A stretch of 24,000 nt of DNA, from the NCBI GenBank assembly GCA_020428005.1, contig JAGQNP010000005.1, positions 1-24,000 on the forward strand, given 5' to 3'. The DNA comes from Candidatus Saccharimonadota bacterium. GTDB lineage: Bacteria; Patescibacteriota; Saccharimonadia; Saccharimonadales; JACQNP01. The translations under genes were made by a program, and so were the position numbers. Below the pieces are notes generated by a model. That model was not told where the DNA came from. It searched no databases and saw only the letters and a program-made list of their open reading frames with translations. Below, one piece after another: positions 15,952 through 23,778 of this stretch; within the stretch, counting starts at the first letter, position 1; every line of letters begins with the position of its first letter.

Positions 15952-17325
15952 CTATTCGGTTCTTAGTGCTTCAATTGGATCAAGTTTCGTTGCCTTACGT
16001 GCTGGTAATAATCCGGCAAATATGGCTACCAATACTAGTAGAAAAATTAATACTACTATCTGCTTGATATCAAAAACAAGTAGACTATCATCGCCAAGTT
16101 CAAGCTTTTTTGTAATCCATGGGTTCATTAGCGACCCAATAACGAAGGCCAATAAAGATCCGATAGCCCCGCCGATAAAACCAATCCATGCTGCTTCAAA
16201 TCTAAATAGCCTTCCAACATCTCGTTTACGCATACCTAACGCCTTCATTAGGCCAATCTCTCTGGTGCGTTGAAGTACGCTAATATACATAGTATTTATT
16301 ACTCCAAATACTGAAGCAATTAGAGCAATCAATCCAAAAGTTATTACAATACCACGCAATACGCCAATAATCTGGTTAAGAAATTCTTGTGTGTCCTTAA
16401 CACTTTGCGCCTCATAACCCATATCTTTTAACTTATTCTGAACCTCAATTAGTTTTGATTCATTCTCGCCATCTTTGACTCTAACGAAAATATAGGAATA
16501 CTTTTGGAATCCTGGAGTACCCTCTTTAATAATGTCATTTAGCCTTTTTGTGTCTTCTATGCCTGCATACATATATAACTCCGTACCCGGCTGTGATGTT
16601 ACTGGTTTTTTAAGCACAGCTACTATTGTAAAATCCTCACTAAACTCAACCTCTTTTTGGAATTCCATTAATGATTCTTGGCTGATATTAATGCCTTGTT
16701 CCGACTGTGCTTGCGCTAATAAAGAACTCCCTGTAGATTTATTCATAACTAATCTTACCGTTTTACCAACCGCATCTTCTGGATTAACAAAACCTAGGGA
16801 GCTTAGATATCCTTCAGGCAATAATATCTGTCTGTTGCCTAAACTTTCCGGTATTTCTCCCGCCAATAAATCTGGTTTTTGATATGGGCTAAATGTGCCG
16901 ACAACACCAACGTACTTCTTTTGACCCTCGCGAGTTAAATATTTTAGACTGACCGACACACCTTCTCTAACGGAATCGACTCCATCAACCTGTGAAATCT
17001 TTTCAATATCTTCAGCATCTATTTGTTTGATCTGAGTAGTTGCTCCAGCTTGTGATGCTATCTCTCCAAATGATTCGTCATATTCCTGTGGCTTACTAGT
17101 ATCAACTCGATTAAAAACTGCTTCGTCTGCAGATACTATAAGCTCGGCAGGATCAAAGTTATCACTGACTATTTGATTAACAAATCTTTCTGCCCCATTG
17201 CTCGCAGATAGAGTTAATGTTAGAGCAAATGCACCGACACCAATTGCAAGAGCAGTAAGTATAGTCCTAGCTTTTGCGCTTAGTAAAGATCTATTAGAAC
17301 GTCTAAGTGTATCTATTACTTTCAT
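15952..17325 (-). CDS. ABC transporter permease, MacB/FtsX type (1 TM + large extracytoplasmic domain + 3 TM)
   Basis: 457-aa ORF with an N-terminal TM, a roughly 270-aa external domain, and a C-terminal FtsX-like domain. It ends in the typical LPARKATKLDPIEALRTE. Confidence 0.9.
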   Translation of the reverse strand: MKVIDTLRRSNRSLLSAKARTILTALAIGVGAFALTLTLSASNGAERFVNQIVSDNFDPAELIVSADEAVFNRVDTSKPQEYDESFGEIASQAGATTQIKQIDAEDIEKISQVDGVDSVREGVSVSLKYLTREGQKKYVGVVGTFSPYQKPDLLAGEIPESLGNRQILLPEGYLSSLGFVNPEDAVGKTVRLVMNKSTGSSLLAQAQSEQGINISQESLMEFQKEVEFSEDFTIVAVLKKPVTSQPGTELYMYAGIEDTKRLNDIIKEGTPGFQKYSYIFVRVKDGENESKLIEVQNKLKDMGYEAQSVKDTQEFLNQIIGVLRGIVITFGLIALIASVFGVINTMYISVLQRTREIGLMKALGMRKRDVGRLFRFEAAWIGFIGGAIGSLLAFVIGSLMNPWITKKLELGDDSLLVFDIKQIVVLIFLLVLVAIFAGLLPARKATKLDPIEALRTE

Positions 17326-18068
17326 TTCTTTTTCGCCTTTTTGGTAGAACTTTTTGTCACTGTCTTAACAGCTTTTCTCTGAATTAAATCGATAATTTCG
17401 CCATCTTTAATTACTACTTTCATACTGCAACGTTTTGCCAACTCTTCATCATGAGTAACAATACAGATAGTGCAACCGAGAGTTTTATTTAATTCAAATA
17501 GTAAATCTACAATTCTATCACCAGTGACTGAATCAAGGTTGCCAGTAGGTTCGTCTGCAAAGATTATCTTAGGCTGATTAACAATTGCTCTTGCGATGGC
17601 TAGACGTTGTTTTTGACCACCAGATAAATCCCTTGCCTTTGAATCAATTTTGTCACCAAGCTCAACTCTACCCAAAGCTTTTTCTACTAGAGTTCGTCTT
17701 CTACGTAAAGGTATCTCTGCTATTTCGAGAGGTAATGCAACATTCTGATAACAAGTCTGGTTAGCTTCTACAAAAAATGCCTGGAATATAAAGCTCATCT
17801 CCTCGGCACGGAACTTATCCATTTCCTTCCGTTTCATAGAGTGTAGATCTTTTCCGCTAATTAATACTTGACCGTCATTAGGGTGGTCAATGCCACTCAT
17901 AACGTGCATTAGTGTACTTTTACCACTACCACTTTTTCCTGTTATTGCTACCGTTGCACCTTCTGGGATAATGAGATTTACATCTTTAAGAGCTATAAAG
18001 AGATTATCTTTTTTGCCATATATCTTGGTAACGCCTTTAACTTCTATCAAAACCACTTCCTTTGGCAT
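17322..18068 (-). CDS. ABC transporter ATP-binding protein (MacB/LolD-like)
   Basis: Walker A GKSGSGKST, signature LSGGQKQRLAIARA, Walker B IIFADEPTGNLD and an H-loop THD. A Lys-rich C-terminal tail is present. ATGA overlap with the permease gene. Confidence 0.93.
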   Translation of the reverse strand: MPKEVVLIEVKGVTKIYGKKDNLFIALKDVNLIIPEGATVAITGKSGSGKSTLMHVMSGIDHPNDGQVLISGKDLHSMKRKEMDKFRAEEMSFIFQAFFVEANQTCYQNVALPLEIAEIPLRRRRTLVEKALGRVELGDKIDSKARDLSGGQKQRLAIARAIVNQPKIIFADEPTGNLDSVTGDRIVDLLFELNKTLGCTICIVTHDEELAKRCSMKVVIKDGEIIDLIQRKAVKTVTKSSTKKAKKK

Positions 18069-18144
18069 TAATTGTATATTATTATCACGTCTGAAGCGTA
18101 AGTTTTTTGGACAACATATTTATTCACGTATATTCGATAGTAGC

Positions 18145-19011
18145 TTATTTTAGAGTTATTATTATAAGTCCGACTATCCCCAAAATAGCACCTGAAATCT
18201 TAAATACAATGTGTGAAGTTTCTTTAAGTATGAAGTATGCTGATACAACAACGACAACCGACATAAAATCTGTTGCAGCACCAATTATTGAAGCACTCCC
18301 ACTTATCTTGAGAGCTGATATAAAACTCGCCGATTTTAATGAGTTGGTTGCCCCATACCAAAACAAGACATTTTTTGTATTTTTATCCCTGGCTAGTTTA
18401 GGTAGTTGATGTAGTTCTCTTCTTGCCAAGAAAACCGACCAAGCAATTTGAGCACCCCAGCCAAAAATTAGATAAGTTCCGAAATCTACTCGACCTAACA
18501 TAAACTTTTCGTAAGCTACGGCTACACCTAGAATTGCAGTGCTCAATACACATAGTAATATTCCCTCTATGTCAGCTTTATTTTTCGAAATAAGCTGTGG
18601 CAATGCAACAATCAAACCCGAAAAAATTAGCATAAAAATACCTATGCATTGAGCAACTGTAAGTTTTTCATCAAGAAAAGTTAAAGCAATAGCCAGAGTG
18701 AACACAGGACTAAGGTTGTTGATAACAGTGTAGATGCCAACATCAACATGTTTGTTAGCGCTATAAGCAGTAATGTTAAATACTGGCCAGATAATACTGC
18801 CACCAAGTAATAATATGAGGTTTACTGCTCCAACGTTAAGATTGTGTGGGAAGAAAAAACTCATAACTAAGCCTAGAGGAAACAGGAAGAAAATAAAAAA
18901 TGTTGCATTTATCAGCCGATTATTTTCTGGAAATCTTTTTGCAATTACTCTTCTAAGTAAATAGCTGCTTGCCCCAAAGACAAAATAAAACAATAAAAAT
19001 ATCTGCCACAT
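18145..19011 (-). CDS. DMT superfamily (EamA-like) transporter
   Basis: 288-aa ORF with about 10 TM helices arranged as two 5-TM halves. Its length and hydrophobic periodicity are typical of EamA-domain transporters. Confidence 0.75.
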   Translation of the reverse strand: MWQIFLLFYFVFGASSYLLRRVIAKRFPENNRLINATFFIFFLFPLGLVMSFFFPHNLNVGAVNLILLLGGSIIWPVFNITAYSANKHVDVGIYTVINNLSPVFTLAIALTFLDEKLTVAQCIGIFMLIFSGLIVALPQLISKNKADIEGILLCVLSTAILGVAVAYEKFMLGRVDFGTYLIFGWGAQIAWSVFLARRELHQLPKLARDKNTKNVLFWYGATNSLKSASFISALKISGSASIIGAATDFMSVVVVVSAYFILKETSHIVFKISGAILGIVGLIIITLK

Positions 19012-19032
19012 GTATTTGAAATTATATATTAA

Positions 19033-20991
19033 CTATTTATAGAGCTGGAAGTTTTTAGTTAATCGATTAACATTGTCGTTATCACCAAAGATTGCTAAGC
19101 CGTAAAAAGTAGTATCCTTTTCTGTTTGTCTACGGAGTATGTCAACAATTTCTTGATCATTGGTTGTATCTTGCATTTCTTTTATAAACACGTGGTGTCT
19201 CAAGCGTGATTCTCTAACTTTGACAAGTACTTTGTGAAGCTCTTTTTCTTCTGCTCTCTTTATAATAATTGGGTACTGGCTATTTCTAGGTAACTTTTGA
19301 CCGTCATGGGTTAGGAAATAATCACCAGTATCAAACTGATCTTTGCTAAGCTGATTACCCATGTATGCACTCATGTGCGCGACTGAGTTTGCCATTTTCC
19401 ATGGTTCTAGCTCTTTATTTACTAATATCACAACCCTCCTACCAAAGTCCTGAGGCCGTGAATTATGAGCTTTAGTATCCATAGCAGCATAAACTTCAGG
19501 ATAAGTTGATTTCGTTACATCATCAACTTCAGATCTTAACTGAGGAAATGGTACCCCTTCTCTAGCAGTAACACCTTCAAAAAACCAAAAATATCGTTCA
19601 GAGTAACTATAGCCACAAGTAGGTGGCATGCCGTATTCCAACATCTCAACAAAATCTATATCTAACATCTGTGCTTCAGCATCGCCAGCGTCACGCATCT
19701 CCTGCTGTTCCAGGAAACGATTAAGTTGATCTATAGGATCATTAAGCTCAGAATAGCCATTACCAAGTTCTGAGCCTGCAATAACAGGGTGAAAACGCTG
19801 TGTAACACGCGGATCATCTGGATCCTGCTTAGCTAATGGTGAGATAGAAAGTGGTTCATTAATAAGCCAAAAAGGACCAGCAGATTCCTTGCGAATTATT
19901 TTCCAGACACTATCCATCGCACGATTAGTATTTATCTCACCATCAAGATTAACCTTGTGGTCTGACAATATCTTTTTTAATTGTTCTAGGTCTGGATTAA
20001 ATACATCAACACCAAATTTTTCTTTCATTATGTCTGGGTAGCGAACTACTGGCCATTTTGGTTCGAGGTCAATATCAAAACCATGAACATTTTTGAACTT
20101 AAGAGTTCCCCAAGTTTTTAAAGCCACTTCTTTCATCATTCGCTCATAGAGCTCCATTCCCTCTGTATAGTCCTGATAAGCAGAATAACTTTCGAAAGCA
20201 ATGTGTTCTGGAAGGTGTTCGTCTGAATAATTTTCATTGCGGAAGCGTGGACCAATGTCATAAACCTTCTCATAGCCTGCACCAATTAAGCGCTTAAGTG
20301 GTAATTCATGACTGATCCTGAGATAAAAGTCTTCATCTATTGCATCCATATGTGTAACAAAAGGGTTAGCATCAGCGCCCCCAGTTGTGTGTTCCAGTAC
20401 CGGAGTATTGATTTCTATAAACCCTTCATTGTTTAGAAAATCACGAGTTGCCTGCCAAAACTTACTACGTCTAATAAATCGCTGCTTGACATCATCATTA
20501 ACATTTATGTCTACGTAGCGTCTACGTAGTCTTTCTTCTTTGTTAGTAAAACCATCTTGTTTGTTTGGCATTGGACGGAGTGACTTTGTCAGTAAACGAA
20601 GCTTGGCTACTTCTACAGAAATCTCACCTGTTTGTGTTTTTATTACTTCGCCTTCACATTGAACAAAATCACCAGTATCTAGTAAGCTTATGTGTTCTAG
20701 CCCAACTTCACTGTTTTTAGTATCAACTTCATCTTCTTTTTCTTTCCAGAAAAGTTGTAGTTCGCCAGTATTATCTTTTATGACAACGAAGGCAATTTTT
20801 CCAAATTTTCGAATTGAAATAATTCGACCAACCACAGTAACTTGTTTACCCTCAAGTTGTGAAAAATTATCAATGATTTGAACATTATTATGGGTACGCC
20901 TCGAAGAAGCAGGATATGGATTAATTCCGAGTTTTTTAAGATCTTCGAGCTTGCGTAATCTCTCGTCACGCAGTTCTTTTAGATTAGCCAT
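19033..20991 (-). CDS. lysS: Lysyl-tRNA synthetase (class II) fused to a C-terminal DUF2000-like domain
   Basis: Residues 1-487 form the class IIb LysRS: an N-terminal OB anticodon-binding domain (VTVVGRIISIRKFGKIAFVVIKDNTGELQLF), motif 2 region FRNE, and HPVIAGSELGNGYSELNDP. Residues about 517-652 (19036..19443) are extra: RRVVILVNKELEPWKMANSVAHMS...DGQKLP...YPIIIKRAEEKEL...FIKEM.DTTND...FYGLAIFGDNDNVNRLTKNFQLYK. Confidence 0.93.
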   Translation of the reverse strand: MANLKELRDERLRKLEDLKKLGINPYPASSRRTHNNVQIIDNFSQLEGKQVTVVGRIISIRKFGKIAFVVIKDNTGELQLFWKEKEDEVDTKNSEVGLEHISLLDTGDFVQCEGEVIKTQTGEISVEVAKLRLLTKSLRPMPNKQDGFTNKEERLRRRYVDINVNDDVKQRFIRRSKFWQATRDFLNNEGFIEINTPVLEHTTGGADANPFVTHMDAIDEDFYLRISHELPLKRLIGAGYEKVYDIGPRFRNENYSDEHLPEHIAFESYSAYQDYTEGMELYERMMKEVALKTWGTLKFKNVHGFDIDLEPKWPVVRYPDIMKEKFGVDVFNPDLEQLKKILSDHKVNLDGEINTNRAMDSVWKIIRKESAGPFWLINEPLSISPLAKQDPDDPRVTQRFHPVIAGSELGNGYSELNDPIDQLNRFLEQQEMRDAGDAEAQMLDIDFVEMLEYGMPPTCGYSYSERYFWFFEGVTAREGVPFPQLRSEVDDVTKSTYPEVYAAMDTKAHNSRPQDFGRRVVILVNKELEPWKMANSVAHMSAYMGNQLSKDQFDTGDYFLTHDGQKLPRNSQYPIIIKRAEEKELHKVLVKVRESRLRHHVFIKEMQDTTNDQEIVDILRRQTEKDTTFYGLAIFGDNDNVNRLTKNFQLYK

Positions 20992-21259
20992 TACTACTAG
21001 TATCTCCTATGCTTTCTCTGTTGGCAAGCTGTTTGTAGTTATCTTGAACATCCATCATAACCCAGACCGCTGTTGCCGCCATTACACGAGCCCGGGGATC
21101 TTCATCATTCAGCTCAACTAGCCACTTATTTATTCTATCTATACCTAGTTGTTGATGTTCGTTTATTAATCGTTCAATTGCCTTTCTACGAAATGTTTTC
21201 TCCTTTTCTTCGTTTATTTCTGGTGGTGTATTAATCCCACTATGATCAACTTTTTCCAT
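20984..21259 (-). CDS. Small helical protein of unknown function with one HEAT-like repeat
   Basis: 91-aa ORF with a strong SD (AAGGAG, 21270..21265) 5 nt upstream of the ATG. It overlaps the lysS start by 8 nt. The segment WLVELNDEDPRARVMAATAV resembles a HEAT / PBS-lyase repeat. Confidence 0.6.
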   Translation of the reverse strand: MEKVDHSGINTPPEINEEKEKTFRRKAIERLINEHQQLGIDRINKWLVELNDEDPRARVMAATAVWVMMDVQDNYKQLANRESIGDTSSNG

Positions 21260-21279
21260 ATATACTCCTTTATTAATTA

Positions 21280-21307
21280 AAAACTGCTCCTAGAGAGGAG
21301 CAGTTTT
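21280..21307 (-). terminator. Rho-independent (potentially bidirectional) terminator downstream of greA
   Basis: Perfect inverted repeat aaaactgctcc(t) / (a)ggagcagtttt with a 4-6 nt loop. On the minus strand the hairpin is followed by TTTTTAATTAA. It lies 95 nt after the greA stop. Confidence 0.7.
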
Positions 21308-21332
21308 ATATGGGTAAAAAATAACCAATCAA
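21305..21332 (-). promoter_or_regulatory. Candidate sigma-70-type promoter for the ORF91-lysS operon, overlapping the greA terminator
   Basis: On the minus strand, TTGATT (21332..21327), a 16-nt spacer and TATAAA (21310..21305). The predicted start falls inside the 5' arm of the terminator hairpin. This rests on hexamer matching only, in AT-rich DNA. Confidence 0.3.
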
Positions 21333-21402
21333 CAATAACTACTCCACAGGAGCATTTGGTAGAAGTAACGCTTGTTGATTAAATTATTCATCACTAATCT
21401 AA

Positions 21403-21861
21403 TTAAGTTATATTGACAATCTTGTAAGCTGCAGTTTCGGCTGGTGTAACAATCTCCACAGCATCACCAACTTTTTTTCCCATTAATGCTTGGCCTATCG
21501 GCGACTCATCAGAAATCTTGCCATGCAAAGGGTCAGCCTCTACAGTACCAACAACCTGAAATTCTTTTGTAGTACCATTTTTAAGTTTTACTGTGGAACC
21601 TAGCTGAACAACAGCATTTGCCCCCCCAGACTTTTTGATGACTTCGCCGTTTTGAAGAATATGCTCTATCTCAGCAATTCGACTTTCAACGCGTTCTTGT
21701 TCTTGGCGGGCCGAACTATACTCAGCATTTTCACTTAAATCACCAAATTCACGTGCTGTTTTTATTCTCTCTGCGATTTCAGGACGTTGCCCAACCAAAT
21801 CATGCAGCTCGTCTTCTAGTTCTTTTATTCCCTCTTTAGTTAAATGAAACTGTTTGTTCAT
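21403..21861 (-). CDS. greA: Transcription elongation factor GreA
   Basis: 152-aa ORF with LTKEGIKELEDEL, AREFGDLSENAEYSSARQEQ (acidic coiled-coil tip) and a C-terminal FKBP-like domain ending ISDESPIGQALMGKKVGD. Confidence 0.93.
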   Translation of the reverse strand: MNKQFHLTKEGIKELEDELHDLVGQRPEIAERIKTAREFGDLSENAEYSSARQEQERVESRIAEIEHILQNGEVIKKSGGANAVVQLGSTVKLKNGTTKEFQVVGTVEADPLHGKISDESPIGQALMGKKVGDAVEIVTPAETAAYKIVNIT

Positions 21862-21897
21862 ATTGCTCCTTTCAACCTATGTCACCTTGGTTCATGA

Positions 21898-23601
21898 TTA
21901 TTTTAATATCTGAAAAAACTCTTCCTCATTCATTAACTTCGCTTCCCTGTCACTTCGCCGCTTGTACTCTATTTTGTCGGCTTGAATGGTCTTGTCACTT
22001 ATGACGACTCTATGTGGTATGCCCATCAGGTCAGCATCAGCAAATTTTTCACCTGGACGCATATCACGGTCATCATAAATTGTTTCAATACCTTTATTAA
22101 CTAGCTTCTTATAAATACGGTCGGCATATTTAACTGTCGTACCCGAATCACCAAGTCTGACCAAATAGACTTGTGCTGGTGCAATATTTTCCGGCCAGAC
22201 TAAACCCTTATCATCTGAAAAATACTCTGCCAACAATCCAGCCAACCGACTCACGCCTATTCCATAACAACCCATGACTATGGACTGACGTTTTCCTGAC
22301 TCGTCTATATAATACAAGTTAAGCGCATCAGAATACTTACTCTCTAACGGGAAGATGTTGCCTACCTCTACCGCTCTTTTAGTCTCATAAACCTTACCTG
22401 ATTCTGGGTCACTATCTCCTAGTTTTGCTACCTTTATATCATAGAATTCTTTTGGCATAGGGATGTCTCTGTCCCAGTTAACATTGATTGTATGAAAGTT
22501 GGTTTTGTTAGCACCAGTTTCAAAGTTAGTACGATTTGAGCAAGACTCGTCAACAATTAGTCGAACCTCTTTTGGTAAGTTTAGTAATCCGGCATAGCCA
22601 ATCTCCGCCTTTGTGACTCGTTTGACTGTGGCTTCGTCAGCCAATTTAACACCTTTAGTACCTATAACTTTACGAAGTTTTATCTCGTTAACTTCATATC
22701 CACCCCTAACTGCGGCAGCTATAATTTCACCACTATCAGTTTGGTATATCATCGTTTTAGTTGTCTTCTCAACAGGTATGTTGAGGAATTTCGCCAAAGC
22801 CTCAACACCAACTATCCCTTTTCCTTCTACATCTTCAATTGGTAGTTTCTTTTTATCTACTGATATTTGTGGCGCATTAGAGGGCGCAACTTCTTCATTG
22901 AAGAATTTATCTGTTCCCGGAACATTAAATAGCGTATCTTCACCTATTGGACTGATTGTTTGGTATTCATCACTGTACTTGTCAGTAAATATACCTCCAT
23001 CAGCTTTAACACGGTAGGTAACTTTCCCAATACCCAAACGATCATAAACCCTACTGTATGCCTTTGCTGCTTGTTCATATAGCTCATCATGTTCCTTTTG
23101 CGACCTGGCAAACGAGTACATATCCTTCATTATGAATTCGCGACCACGTAGTAAGCCACTTTTAGCGCGCAATTCATTTCTAAACTTGCTTTGAATTTGA
23201 TATACAAAAATGGGTAAATCTTTATACGAGCTCAGGTAATCTTTGAGCAAATCCACGATTGGCTCTTCGTGAGTCAGACCAACACCAAGTTCAGTTCCAT
23301 TGGCCAATTTAGTCTTAAACCAATTATCAACTTTACTGTCATCCCATCTATCCGTTTTTTCCCATATTTCCTTAGGTTGTAATACGGTCATTTGAACTTC
23401 TTGACCGCCAATTGAATTCATTTCTTCACGAACAATTTGCTTAATATTCTCTAACACCTTAAGTCCAAGCGTTGTATAAGAATAAACCCCAGCCATTTCC
23501 TTATGAATGAATCCAGCCTGAATCAACAGCTTGGCATTTTTTGCTGTTTCATCCGATGGAACTTGTTTTCTAGTCTTGATAAAAGACTGTGATAATCTCA
23601 T
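21898..23601 (-). CDS. proS: Prolyl-tRNA synthetase, bacterial type with INS editing domain
   Basis: 567-aa ORF with the MRLSQSFIKTRKQVP N-terminus and class II motifs (FRNELRAKSGLLRGREFIMKDMYSF; GCYGIGVSRL). It has an inserted YbaK-like domain and a C-terminal anticodon-binding domain. Confidence 0.95.
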   Translation of the reverse strand: MRLSQSFIKTRKQVPSDETAKNAKLLIQAGFIHKEMAGVYSYTTLGLKVLENIKQIVREEMNSIGGQEVQMTVLQPKEIWEKTDRWDDSKVDNWFKTKLANGTELGVGLTHEEPIVDLLKDYLSSYKDLPIFVYQIQSKFRNELRAKSGLLRGREFIMKDMYSFARSQKEHDELYEQAAKAYSRVYDRLGIGKVTYRVKADGGIFTDKYSDEYQTISPIGEDTLFNVPGTDKFFNEEVAPSNAPQISVDKKKLPIEDVEGKGIVGVEALAKFLNIPVEKTTKTMIYQTDSGEIIAAAVRGGYEVNEIKLRKVIGTKGVKLADEATVKRVTKAEIGYAGLLNLPKEVRLIVDESCSNRTNFETGANKTNFHTINVNWDRDIPMPKEFYDIKVAKLGDSDPESGKVYETKRAVEVGNIFPLESKYSDALNLYYIDESGKRQSIVMGCYGIGVSRLAGLLAEYFSDDKGLVWPENIAPAQVYLVRLGDSGTTVKYADRIYKKLVNKGIETIYDDRDMRPGEKFADADLMGIPHRVVISDKTIQADKIEYKRRSDREAKLMNEEEFFQILK

Positions 23602-23630
23602 TTTAGACCTTAATTTTTAAGTTTAAAGTT

Positions 23631-23666
23631 TTTATAAAAAACCCCTCTCGTTTATTGGAGGGGTTC
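23631..23666 (-). terminator. Rho-independent terminator between the CPBP gene and proS
   Basis: On the minus strand, AACCCCTC (23665..23658), a 10-nt loop and GAGGGGTT (23647..23640), followed by TTTTTATAAAAA. It sits 38 nt upstream of the proS ATG. Confidence 0.65.
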
Positions 23667-23778
23667 AGATTTCGTTTTGTTGTTTTTATGCAAAAACCAA
23701 GTAACCCCTTTTAGGAATACTTTGGTACCACGATCATGAGGCATTTTTGCATGCCACTAGTATAGCATGTGTTTTTTG

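Noticed and set aside
23724-23731. A T-box-like GTGGTACC string in the proS leader (minus strand CGTGGTACCAAAG), suggesting a tRNA(Pro)-sensing T-box riboswitch
   Set aside because: The order of elements is wrong for a canonical T-box, because the G-rich antiterminator strand lies downstream of the UGGUACC rather than immediately upstream of it. The flanking GAUCG has no complementary partner to form helix A1. I found no AGAGA or specifier-loop features or a Stem I. The whole leader is only about 177 nt. GGTACC is also a simple palindrome. Only an Infernal scan could rescue this idea.
23711-23752. 13-codon uORF (MQKCLMIVVPKYS) as a proline-sensing leader peptide
   Set aside because: It has only one Pro codon and no convincing SD, and such short ORFs are common in AT-rich spacers. 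I mention it under the attenuator finding as a testable detail, but I do not call it a feature.
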